Shown: positions 30,869-39,258 of the stretch, in pieces | Layout of the letters: the number at the start of each line of letters is the position of its first letter | How positions within the stretch are numbered: the stretch's first letter is position 1 | Origin: Candidatus Aminicenantes bacterium | GTDB lineage: Bacteria; Acidobacteriota; Aminicenantia; Aminicenantales; CALLJL01 | Direction: 5' to 3' | DNA length: 64,000 bases | Assembly (NCBI GenBank): GCA_026416195.1 | Contig: JAOAFQ010000191.1 | Span: 28,719 to 92,718, forward strand | Position numbers and translations under genes: made by a program | The notes under the pieces: generated by a model | What the model saw: the letters and a program-made list of their open reading frames with translations, nothing else | The model's database searches: none | What the model was told of the DNA's origin: nothing

Positions 30869-31165
30869 TTACTTAGCTTTTGATTTTTCAAAAAAAAGTT
30901 TGATCATTCCCTCAGTCACTGGATCTTTAACTCGATAACAAACTCGCCTTTGACGGCGCCGCCCAATAACGATGCCGGCCTGTTTTAAAATCCGCAAACT
31001 TTGGGAAACGTGGGGCTGGCTCAAAGAGACACATTTCTGCAATTCACCAACACAGCATTCTCTTTTCATCAATTCTAGAACAATCCTTAATCTCTCAGGA
31101 TGAGATAAAGCTTTCAATTTTTTGGCAATTTTTACGATTTGGGCTCTGGCCACTTTTTTTTTCAT
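30869..31165 (-). CDS. ArsR/SmtB family transcriptional regulator
   Basis: The 98-aa ORF has a winged HTH (CCVGELQKCVSLSQPHVSQSLRILKQAGIV) preceded by the metal-sensing-like ECC motif. Confidence 0.75.
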   Translation of the reverse strand: MKKKVARAQIVKIAKKLKALSHPERLRIVLELMKRECCVGELQKCVSLSQPHVSQSLRILKQAGIVIGRRRQRRVCYRVKDPVTEGMIKLFFEKSKAK

Positions 31166-31350
31166 GGCTAACTCCTTTTTAAAAGATAAGTAATATTAAT
31201 TTTTGTTTATTTAGCTGTCAAGTTTTTTATAAATATTTTTTTTATTTTTTAGGCAACCGGGATATTGAGAAGATTATCAATTCCAATCATTTTATATTTT
31301 AACATATATTAAATAATTCATCAAAAAGTCAAGATAATAGGGAAATGAAT

Positions 31351-31740
31351 TCAGCGGTATTCTGGCAATATTTTTTGCATATGATCCATAATTTTCTTTG
31401 GCAAAGCTTCCCGTTGTTGGGGAGTAAGTTTAGCTTCAAATTCTTTATATTCTTTCCAGGTTACCCCAGCTTTTAAATAAAGATTATCTACTTCCTGTTG
31501 GGCCTTTTCAGGTTCGTCTTTATATTTATCCCAGATCAGAGCTGACCGAGCTGTTAAATCAATATAAAGCTCTTCGGTCATTTTAAGACTTGTTGCAGAT
31601 TTAGCCTCTTCAGTCTCTTCCTCCAAGATTTGTGGTTCCATCTCTTCTTCCTCAGAAACGATATTCCCTTTAGGGGAACAAGAGACCAATAAAAGCCCAC
31701 ATAAAACTAGGCATAGAATTATTCTCTTTCCTTTAATCAT
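31351..31740 (-). CDS. lipoprotein, acidic, unknown function
   Basis: It has a signal peptide with a lipobox (LLLVSC) followed by a Glu-rich region. Confidence 0.45.
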   Translation of the reverse strand: MIKGKRIILCLVLCGLLLVSCSPKGNIVSEEEEMEPQILEEETEEAKSATSLKMTEELYIDLTARSALIWDKYKDEPEKAQQEVDNLYLKAGVTWKEYKEFEAKLTPQQREALPKKIMDHMQKILPEYR

Positions 31741-31886
31741 TGTTAGCTTCTTTCCCCTCAGTTTATTTACCCAAATTTATTTTTTAGATAGCCTTACTTC
31801 CGCTCCATCCAGTTTAATTTATTTTAAAATCAAAATTATTTATCCTTTCCCTCCCTCTTCCCCCAAAAGAAATGAATCCTAAAAAG

Positions 31887-31972
31887 TGCCGGGGGCCGGA
31901 CTCGAACCGGCACGGTTGTTGCCAACCGAGGGATTTTAAGTCCCTTGCGTCTACCCGTTCCGCCACCCCGGC
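31887..31972 (-). tRNA. tRNA-Leu (anticodon TAA), long variable arm
   Basis: The reverse complement reads GCCGGGG TG GCGGAACGGGTAGACGC AAGGGA CTTAAAA TCCCT + 14-nt variable arm + GCCGGTTCGAGTCCGGC CCCCGGC A. It is 86 nt long. Confidence 0.85.
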
Positions 31973-32437
31973 CGGGCCATTCCTTTTTTACTTTAGACCA
32001 ATTCAATGATTTTTTCAATCAAGGGACTCTATAAATAACGCTAAATAACGCTGGGCAAAATTTATTTATGGTTTTGAAAAAAATCTGCCTCAATTTTTTA
32101 AATTTTCTTTCCCTGTTAATTTTATTAATAATACTTAGATTAGAGTTGGTTTATCTTCCAAGCTGACGGAGCGTTTCGATTTTCCCTAATCAAATTATCT
32201 AACCAATCTTAATTTAGTCTATTGTTAAAATTATCCGCTTTCCAGAGTCCTCAATATTTATTTTTCCTTCAAGGCTTGTTTTATCTTTTAGCCATTTCGA
32301 GAGCAAGATTCTTCCCCGTCTTAACCTCGCTTTTAACCGACACAGCCAGCATTGATTAATAAAAAAATTTATTAAAAATAAGAAAAACCAGCCTCTAAAT
32401 GCAAGTTAAATTCAATTTATGGGTAGCTAATGTGATT

Positions 32438-33244
32438 TCATTCTTTCTTTGATTCCATTTCTTTTAGCCAAGCGGCTAAGGAAAGATCAAATCTTCTTTT
32501 AACCTTGGCAAGTTTTATTAATTCAATGATTAAATCTCTTAATAATTCTGGAATAAATGGACAAACCTCAAGATCACCACAGGCCTCAACTTTAAAGGAA
32601 TTAGCTATTTTCATATCGCAGATTGACTTAAGATTTTCCAAATCGTCATCACACTCTTCAATGACCTTTATTTGGAGCCAAGGGTTAAAGCCGATAATAT
32701 ATTCCCATATCTTTTTTTGATCTTCTGGTTGAGGAAATCTTTGTGCAAGAAAAGCAAGGCTATCGATTACGGTCAAAAATATTTGACTTTCTAACTCTCG
32801 CTTAAATTTTTCATCTAAATTTAAAAGGGCTAGATACTTATTGACAAGTTTCTTGGAAATATTTAAAACCTCAGCCACCCTCTCTTCCTTGGCCACTTTT
32901 TCCTTAATTTCGTTTAGAAACTCAGCCACTTTGATCGGAGCTAAATCGGCTCTTTGAAGATTTTCAATTAAAGAAATAATAATTTCTTCTCCTTCAGAGA
33001 CATCTTCTTTGATGAAAGCCGGAATTTTCTCCCAACCAAGCATTTTGCAAGCTAGCAACCTTCGTTTTCCTGCGAGCAGCTCATATTGGCCATTTTCCCT
33101 TGGCTTGACAATTACTGGGCTTAAAAGTCCATATCTTTGAATTGATTTGGCGAGATTTTGCATTCGATAATCATTAACTACTCTTTTTTCATCTAAATAA
33201 GAAATAGAAATATCCTCGATCTTCAGCTCTTTATAAATCATCAA
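32438..33244 (-). CDS. ParB-like nuclease (ParB/Srx N-terminal) domain protein, orphan
   Basis: It has the GxRR arginine-finger region (YELLAGKRRLLACKMLGW) and an ENLQR box (ISLIENLQRADL) typical of the ParB N-terminal domain. A C-terminal Cys cluster (CDMK...EACGDLEVCPF) is present. No parA is adjacent. It has its own AT-rich upstream region. Confidence 0.6.
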   Translation of the reverse strand: MMIYKELKIEDISISYLDEKRVVNDYRMQNLAKSIQRYGLLSPVIVKPRENGQYELLAGKRRLLACKMLGWEKIPAFIKEDVSEGEEIIISLIENLQRADLAPIKVAEFLNEIKEKVAKEERVAEVLNISKKLVNKYLALLNLDEKFKRELESQIFLTVIDSLAFLAQRFPQPEDQKKIWEYIIGFNPWLQIKVIEECDDDLENLKSICDMKIANSFKVEACGDLEVCPFIPELLRDLIIELIKLAKVKRRFDLSLAAWLKEMESKKE

Positions 33245-33472
33245 GCTCTCCTAAAAATAATCTTTGAGTCGTTATTTTAATTAAATTAACCTCGAAACAC
33301 AAAACCAATTGTTTTAGAAAAGAAAAAGCAAGAAAAATGAATTTGATTTTAATAAATAGTAAGCAACCAGAAACAGATTAAGATAGCAGAAAATATTAGA
33401 AAAAAAATAATAAGATAAGAAAAGAATTGAGATCAAATAAGGATATTTCAACCGAAATAATATATGATCAAT

Positions 33473-34141
33473 TCAATCAGACCTTGAACCTCTTTCAGGT
33501 AGGAAAAAAATCCCTACGGGGAAACTGAAAGGAATTTGGTCTATGGAAAAATCAGACAAAAAATAAGGAAGGGGATCAACAAGACCGAATCTGATTTCTC
33601 CCTCCGCTTCTTCAGGCCATCGCCAGAAGCGTTTTTCCGCATCCTGACGAAGACGATCGGCTCGCCATTTAAGATAATTCGCCCATTGATTTTTCTTTAA
33701 AGCCAAAATGATTTTTTCCTCCTCTGTTTCAGCCAGATCTATAGGGATATAAGTTAGTAATCTTAAAACGAACTGAATTTCCCCTGGTGAAAAAGAAGCG
33801 ATTCTACGTCTCGTCCAGCATAAAAGGGTCGATAACTCAGTCATCCAGGCCTTTGAACTTAAAATTGGCACCATAAAAAGAGAAGCCAACGAAAGGATTT
33901 GGCTGATAATATTTTCAGAAATCAACAGATTAGGTAAAGGTCCAAATTCTGTTGGGTCAACAGTAACCAAAGGCTCTGAAGGCCCTTGGAGCCATTCTTC
34001 CATTTGATCTTTTAAAACAGCTATTCTTCGGTAGCGAAATCGCTTTTTCAGGAAGACTAAATCTGGCTTAAGTGTAGCCGTTGAACCAAGATAAAAGGCT
34101 TTTAAATTTTTGGCTAAATAGACAAGTCGTCCCTTTTCCAT
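33473..34141 (-). CDS. hypothetical protein (Trp/Arg-rich C-terminus), no recognisable family
   Basis: The 222-aa ORF is co-oriented with the ParB-like gene. Its first 14 nt and upstream region lie inside direct-repeat copy A. Confidence 0.4.
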   Translation of the reverse strand: MEKGRLVYLAKNLKAFYLGSTATLKPDLVFLKKRFRYRRIAVLKDQMEEWLQGPSEPLVTVDPTEFGPLPNLLISENIISQILSLASLFMVPILSSKAWMTELSTLLCWTRRRIASFSPGEIQFVLRLLTYIPIDLAETEEEKIILALKKNQWANYLKWRADRLRQDAEKRFWRWPEEAEGEIRFGLVDPLPYFLSDFSIDQIPFSFPVGIFFLPERGSRSD

Positions 34142-34273
34142 TGTTTCAATTTAAAATTTCTAATGCTTAATCAGATGATAGAAAATGATAAAAATTTAAT
34201 CAATCTGAGCGGTGAAATAAAAGTCTGTTAAAAAAAGGCTAGATCATCATAAGAATTGGCAGCCAATTGCCAG
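34128..34273. repeat. direct repeat copy A (146 bp)
   Basis: It is about 96–97% identical to 36978..37124 (4 mismatches and a 1-bp indel). It contains the palindrome AATTGGCaGCCAATT. It overlaps the start codon and first codons (MEKGR) of the 33473..34141 ORF. Confidence 0.85.
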
Positions 34274-34299
34274 TTGGACACAAAAGATTATCATCCCGA

Positions 34300-35210
34300 T
34301 AAGAAGCGCTCTTTATTAATGGTGTTTTGACGCATAAAATAGAACGATTAGCGAGAGTGCTGGGCGAGAAGGGTTATCAGCCTCTCAGGACTTAGAGATG
34401 ACCCAAGGTTTAGATGAGAGGATGAGGATAGATGTGATTTAGGAGAAGGTCTGGATTAATAGTAAAGTGGTCGCCATAGCAACTATAATAGCTTAGGGCA
34501 TTGGTAATCGAAACCATGGGGAATGAGAATGAGGATTTTTGGCGCGATTTTATATTATAAGGTCTGCCCTAAGCAATTAAGGAGAAATGGTTAGGGGCAG
34601 GATGGTAGCAATACAAAGTTCAATTTATGGGAAATATTTTGGCGAAAGGAGCAAACAACCTGAATAAGGCTCGTTTAGCTGAAAAAGTGACGAAAATTTA
34701 GCTTCAGCCAAATAAAACAAGGGCTGAAAAGCTGATTACTTATTGAGGAAGATGGGTAAAAAAAAAATCAAAAGGCGATTAAATATTTGGTAAAGGGGTT
34801 AGAAGATAGCCTTAAATTTTACATTTTTTCTAAGATAAATAAAAAACGAATATGACGTCCAATGTTTTGGAAAAGACAAATCGTGAGATTAAGGGAAGGG
34901 GTCCGATGCTTGACCTTTTTTCCTTCGGTCGATTCCTATTTGCAAGTATATAAAGTTCAAAAAAGCGGCTGAATGATAAATATCATCTCTTGAACGGAAA
35001 CGGTTGTCTAAATCCTTTCTGTGTTCTTCAAGAAACGTTTCAAACCAATACTCAGCTCTTTTCGTAATTGCCTAGTTCTTCTCTTGCTAAGTTGTTCAAA
35101 TAATCATACTTTAGTTTGGAAAACTTTTTATTTCTTTTGTTTATTTCTTCCAAATTCTTTAAAAAGCGACATATTTTTTCCCGCACATACTGCGGCCTTG
35201 GTGTATTTTA
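34300..35210 (+). pseudogene. degenerate transposase-like debris (IS256/mutator-like C-terminal motif remnant)
   Basis: No ORF of 60 aa or more lies on either strand across roughly 0.9 kb. A short frame around 34852–34953 reads TSNVLEKTNREIKGRGP..., which resembles the conserved IS256-family C-terminal block TxNxIExxNREIRRR. The other frames are broken by stops. Confidence 0.3.
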
Positions 35211-35221
35211 AATCTTTTAAT

Positions 35222-36136
35222 TTACGGCGGGCACTTTGCACAAATGGATCTAAAGAGTGCTGTGCTTAAATATCTATCCCCCCTGTCGGGAAGTAGGCAA
35301 ACGATTGTTCCATAGTTAATCTCTCTTGCAATTTTGAGCGCCCCTGCGACAGCCGCTCCGCTTGACATCCCAACGAAAAGACCTTCTTTTACAGCAAGCT
35401 TTCTCGCCACCTCGAAAGCCTCATCGTCTTCTACACAAATTTTCTCGTCTAGCATTCTTGGATTGTATATTTTCGGGACTATTGATTCTTCCATATTCTT
35501 TAATCCCTGGATTTTGTGCCCTTTTTTTGGCTCTACGCCGACGATTTTCACCTTCGGATTTTTCTCTTTTAAGTATCGGCCTACGCCCATGAGCGTTCCT
35601 GTAGTTCCCATGCCAGCTACGAAAATATCAACTTCGCCATTAGTCTGAGCGTAAATTTCTGGTCCAGTGGTTTCGTAATGGGATAAAACGTTGTTTTCGT
35701 TGGCGTACTGATTCGGCATAAAATACTTTTCAGGCCCTTCATATAAAAGCTCGACTGCCTTTTCAATCGCGCCGTCTACGCCTTTATCACCAGGCGTTAA
35801 AACGATTTCAGCGCCAAACGCTTCTAATATGCGCTTCCTCTCGTCGCTGACGCAGTCTGGCATAACAAGCTTTACTTTGTAGCCCTTCGCCGCTCCGATC
35901 ATAGCCAGGGCAATACCTGTATTGCCAGAAGTTGCTTCGATGATAGTTTTATTCCGGGTCAGCTCTCCGCTTTCTTCTGCTTTTTTAACCATGTAAAGCG
36001 CAGGTCTGTCTTTAACCGAGCCGCCCGGATTCGCCCCTTCATATTTTGCCAAAATTCTTGCCTTTGGATTCTCGTTTAAATTGTGTATTTCAATTATGGG
36101 CGTGTTTCCAATTGCATCTAAAAGCGTTTTCCTCAT
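35222..36136 (-). CDS. cysK: cysteine synthase (O-acetylserine/O-phosphoserine sulfhydrylase)
   Basis: It has the PLP-lysine region (GGSVKDRPALYMV), SGNTGIALAMIGAAKG and a GMGTTGT loop, in 304 aa. Third-codon positions are visibly more G/C-rich (gcg/ccg/ggc/gag) than in neighbouring genes. Confidence 0.9.
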   Translation of the reverse strand: MRKTLLDAIGNTPIIEIHNLNENPKARILAKYEGANPGGSVKDRPALYMVKKAEESGELTRNKTIIEATSGNTGIALAMIGAAKGYKVKLVMPDCVSDERKRILEAFGAEIVLTPGDKGVDGAIEKAVELLYEGPEKYFMPNQYANENNVLSHYETTGPEIYAQTNGEVDIFVAGMGTTGTLMGVGRYLKEKNPKVKIVGVEPKKGHKIQGLKNMEESIVPKIYNPRMLDEKICVEDDEAFEVARKLAVKEGLFVGMSSGAAVAGALKIAREINYGTIVCLLPDRGDRYLSTALFRSICAKCPP

Positions 36137-36977
36137 CCTAGAGTGAAATCATGTGAAGATTTCAAATGTTTATTTTAATTATTAATTATTATAGCAGAAA
36201 TTTTTTTATCTCTATCGCAGATTTGCCCATACAGTTAATAAGCCTCAATTAAAAGAAGGCCATGCGCCTTAATTTTGAGAGGTTTTCCCCATGAAAAAGA
36301 GGCTTCATCTTTCGATATAGAAAAAGACGTCTAATTCGATCAGCCGAAAATTTATATAAATCCGAGGAACGCTGATCGCTATTACGATGAATCCATCGAC
36401 TTCCGCTCTTCTCTTTCGCCAAAGCTTGCGAAGAAAATTGTTGATGAACTTAACTCGCTTTTCTCTGATGAACAAAGCGATGGGAAAGCGAAGAAAGGGA
36501 GCTCAAGCAAACAAATTTCGCGATCGGTCTTAAAGTGAACTGAAAGATTCGGTCGATTTGATTTCATTAGAATTAATTTCCGGCCAGATCATCTTAACAA
36601 AAAGCTGGACTTGTTTCGATTATAACTTTATCATCTTTACAAACTCGGCCAAGCTCCAGCTCTCAACTTCATTCCTTCTGCCCTGATATTTAGGCGTTAT
36701 TTCTTTTAATCAGGCTCTCTTAATTTTAACTGCAACCCAAGATTTGTGCCTCTTAGCTTTCCTTTCTTCAGAAATTTTTGGGATAAATATCGCTCAAGGC
36801 TAAATACGGTGGGACAACGAATCAATTTCATGTAGATTTTAAATTAGGCAATTCAGAAGCTTGATTTAACGCTACTAAAAAAACAATTCCTCACTTTAAA
36901 ATTATCGTCACCTTTTTTAACACTTTATAAACCATTAAGCTTACCCCAAAATATGGATAGAACTGAGATAAAAAAGC

Positions 36978-37124
36978 CGTCCCTTTTCCATTGTTTCAAT
37001 TTAAAATTTCTAATGCTTAATCAGATGATAGAAAATGAGAAAAATTTAATCAATCTGAGCGCTGAAATAAAAGGCTGTTAAAAAAAAGGCTAGATCATCA
37101 TAAGAATTGGCGGCCAATTGCCAG
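36978..37124. repeat. direct repeat copy B (147 bp)
   Basis: It is the second copy of the 146-bp element, carrying a duplicated pseudo-start (MEKGRLF...) with no gene behind it. It lies 43 bp upstream of the DUF5320-like gene. Confidence 0.85.
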
Positions 37125-37166
37125 AAGAGATTAATTTAATAAAATAAATTATTGAAGGAGGATAAA

Positions 37167-37358
37167 ATGTTTTGGCGGGGAAGAATGTTTGGTTGCTTCC
37201 GTTTTGGCTTTTTCCCCTTTGGCTTTTATTTTCATTGGCCGCCGCCCTATCCAAGCAAAGAAGAGTATTTAAGAATACTTAAAAGATATAAAGAAGATTT
37301 AGAAGCCGAGCTCAGAGAAGTTGAAAAGGAAATTGAGGAGCTAAGCAAAAAAGAATAA
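37167..37358 (+). CDS. small DUF5320-like protein (Gly/Phe/Arg-rich N-terminus plus C-terminal coiled coil)
   Basis: A GAAGGAGG RBS lies 7 nt upstream of the ATG at 37167. The sequence MFWRGRMFGCFRFGFFPFGFYF...PPYPSKEEYLRILKRYKEDLEAELREVEKEIEEL fits the DUF5320 pattern. Confidence 0.5.
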   Translation: MFWRGRMFGCFRFGFFPFGFYFHWPPPYPSKEEYLRILKRYKEDLEAELREVEKEIEELSKKE

Positions 37359-37402
37359 ATAAAAAAGTTTTTGATTACAAATTTTCGGGAAGGAGAAAAG
37401 AA

Positions 37403-38680
37403 ATGAAGAGAAGGGACTTCTTTCTTTTTTTAGGCGCCGTTAGCCTTCAATCTGGGTTAAGAAACCCTCAACGTAGGTCTTCCTTTAAATCCTTATCTTC
37501 AGTTGGATTGTCGGCTCGGCCTTTAACCGTCTCACTTGATTCTTCACCCAACCAATCTACCCTACCTAAAGGTCATTATAGTTCCATGGATGCCTGGATT
37601 GAAATCGATCTAAAAGCAATCAAAGCGAATCTAACTCAAATCAAAAAGAAAGCTGGAGTAAGAATAATGGCTGTGGTCAAAGCCAACGCTTATGGCCATG
37701 GTTTGATAGAAGTTTCAAAGGCCTTGCAGGAAGCTGGGGTGGATTGGTTGATGGTGGGTAAGCTCGAAGAGGCTATTTGGCTACGGCAAGCAGGTTTAAA
37801 AAGCCCAATTCTCAATTTTGGTCCTTTTGATCGAAGCGATGCTGAGGCTCTAATTGAAAATAGAATTAGTCAATCGGTTTATACCGATGAAGTCTTTCGC
37901 TTGGCGGAAGTAGCCGCCAAGAAGGGAACAAGAGCTTCAATCCATCTTGATCTTGATACGGGCATGGGTCGCACTGGTATTCCTTATAAACAAGCGATGG
38001 ACCTTCTTGAGAAAATAGCTTCCCATCGTTATCTTCATCTGGAAGGTCTTTCAACGACTTTAACTGAAGAGGTCGACTTCGACCGGGAGCAAGTTCGACG
38101 GCTCAACGAAATTTATAGTCAAGCTAAGAAAAAAGGGATTAATTGTGGGCTAAGACATGCGGCTAGTTCCGCTGGGCTTTTAGAATCTTCTGATTTTTGC
38201 CTAGACATGGTCAGACCTGGCATTACTCTCTATGGCTATTATCCTAATGACAAAACTCAAAAGGAAGACCCACTCAATTTACAACCAGCCCTTCGTCTCA
38301 AAGCTAAGGTTATATTTATCAAAGACCTAACCCCAGGAGAAACTCTTTCTTATCATCGAGTCTTTAAAGCTGAAAAGAAAATGAGAGTCGCTACCCTTGG
38401 CCTTGGTTACTCTGACGGATATCAGCCTCAGCTTGGCGGTCGAGCTTGGGTCCTAATTAGAGGGAGAAAATACTCAGTCCTTCCTTTAATTACGGCCAAT
38501 CATCTCATGATCGATCTCCAAAATAACGAGGAAATAAAGATTGGGGATGAAGCTTTTCTTATAGACACGGACAAGAAATCAGAATCAACCGCCGATAGGT
38601 TATCTTCAGCCTCAGGAATTTCTCCTTACCGTCTCCTTATTGGACTGAATCCTCTCCTCCCTCGCTTTTATTTTAATTAA
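37403..38680 (+). CDS. alr: alanine racemase with a twin-arginine (Tat) signal peptide
   Basis: It has the PLP-lysine motif AVVKANAYGHG and a racemase fold from residue 63 onward (MDAWIEIDLKAIKANL). The roughly 60-aa N-terminal leader carries KRRDFFLFLGAV (S/T-RRxFLK-like). A strong GGAAGGAG RBS serves the upstream ATG only. Confidence 0.85.
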   Translation: MKRRDFFLFLGAVSLQSGLRNPQRRSSFKSLSSVGLSARPLTVSLDSSPNQSTLPKGHYSSMDAWIEIDLKAIKANLTQIKKKAGVRIMAVVKANAYGHGLIEVSKALQEAGVDWLMVGKLEEAIWLRQAGLKSPILNFGPFDRSDAEALIENRISQSVYTDEVFRLAEVAAKKGTRASIHLDLDTGMGRTGIPYKQAMDLLEKIASHRYLHLEGLSTTLTEEVDFDREQVRRLNEIYSQAKKKGINCGLRHAASSAGLLESSDFCLDMVRPGITLYGYYPNDKTQKEDPLNLQPALRLKAKVIFIKDLTPGETLSYHRVFKAEKKMRVATLGLGYSDGYQPQLGGRAWVLIRGRKYSVLPLITANHLMIDLQNNEEIKIGDEAFLIDTDKKSESTADRLSSASGISPYRLLIGLNPLLPRFYFN

Positions 38681-38818
38681 TTATCTTGACCTCTAACCCC
38701 TAACCCAACAACTTAAGAAAAAGGTTTTTTGCTATAAGGTGTTGTCTCTCTTTCTCCTCTTGTTCTTTTCCTCTTGTTTATTAAATTTATCAAACGGCTT
38801 CTAAACCTGGCCTAAAAT

Positions 38819-39007
38819 TTGCAGTTAAAAAAATGGACCAGGAAAAAACCAAAAATCATCTTTATTCTTAAAACCAATGGAAATTGGAATTATCAAGAGA
38901 TTGCTTTGGTCGCAGGGTTGAAGATAGGAACAGTCATGTCCTGTCTTAATCAGGCCCGAAAAAAGCTGCGTCAGAATTTAGCTCCATATTGGGGAGGGAA
39001 AAAATGA
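38819..39007 (+). pseudogene. ECF sigma-70 factor remnant (region 4 only)
   Basis: The 62-aa ORF reads KPKIIFILKTNGNWNYQEIALVAGLKIGTVMSCLNQARKKLRQNL, which is region 4.2 (HTH). No region 2 lies upstream: only 138 bp separate it from the alr stop. Confidence 0.5.
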
Positions 39008-39258
39008 GGAACAAAATTAATCATAAATATTTGAGCCAACACCTTGGTGCCTATTTTGACGGTGAGCTTATGGCCCATGAAAAGGAGCTTATGGAAAAAC
39101 ATCTTAAGCACTGTGAAGACTGCCGCCGTCCAATCGCTGAGCTTGAGTCTTTTCAAAGACAAGCTCTTTCTCTTAAACCTGACTTGAGCGAAGAAAACTA
39201 CTGGCACTCCTTTACCCAAAAAGTCATGTCTGGCTTTAGGCAAGAAAATCGAGGTTAA
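38989..39258 (+). CDS. anti-sigma factor N-terminal zinc-finger (zf-HC2-like) fragment
   Basis: It has HLKHCEDCRRPIAELESF, an H-x3-C-x2-C motif typical of ECF anti-sigma factors. It is only 89 aa with no TM helix. It overlaps the sigma remnant by 19 nt. Confidence 0.5.
   Translation: MGREKMRNKINHKYLSQHLGAYFDGELMAHEKELMEKHLKHCEDCRRPIAELESFQRQALSLKPDLSEENYWHSFTQKVMSGFRQENRG

Noticed and set aside
31973-32437. 465-bp gap after tRNA-Leu as a possible ncRNA or att site
   Set aside because: It is AT-rich with a short TAAATAACGC direct repeat but has no convincing structure or tRNA 3'-end duplicate. It is noted only as context in the hotspot finding.
34274-35221. Considered a group II intron or ncRNA in the ORF-free 0.9 kb left of cysK
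   Set aside because: There is no domain V-like GAGC...GTTC hairpin and no intron-encoded RT frame. The only coding-like signal is a short transposase-like motif, so it is treated as IS debris instead.
38681-38818. ccctaa-type telomere-like dimer (ctctaacccctaaccc) after alr
   Set aside because: It has only two units. It is better explained as part of the scar where the ECF sigma N-terminus was lost.
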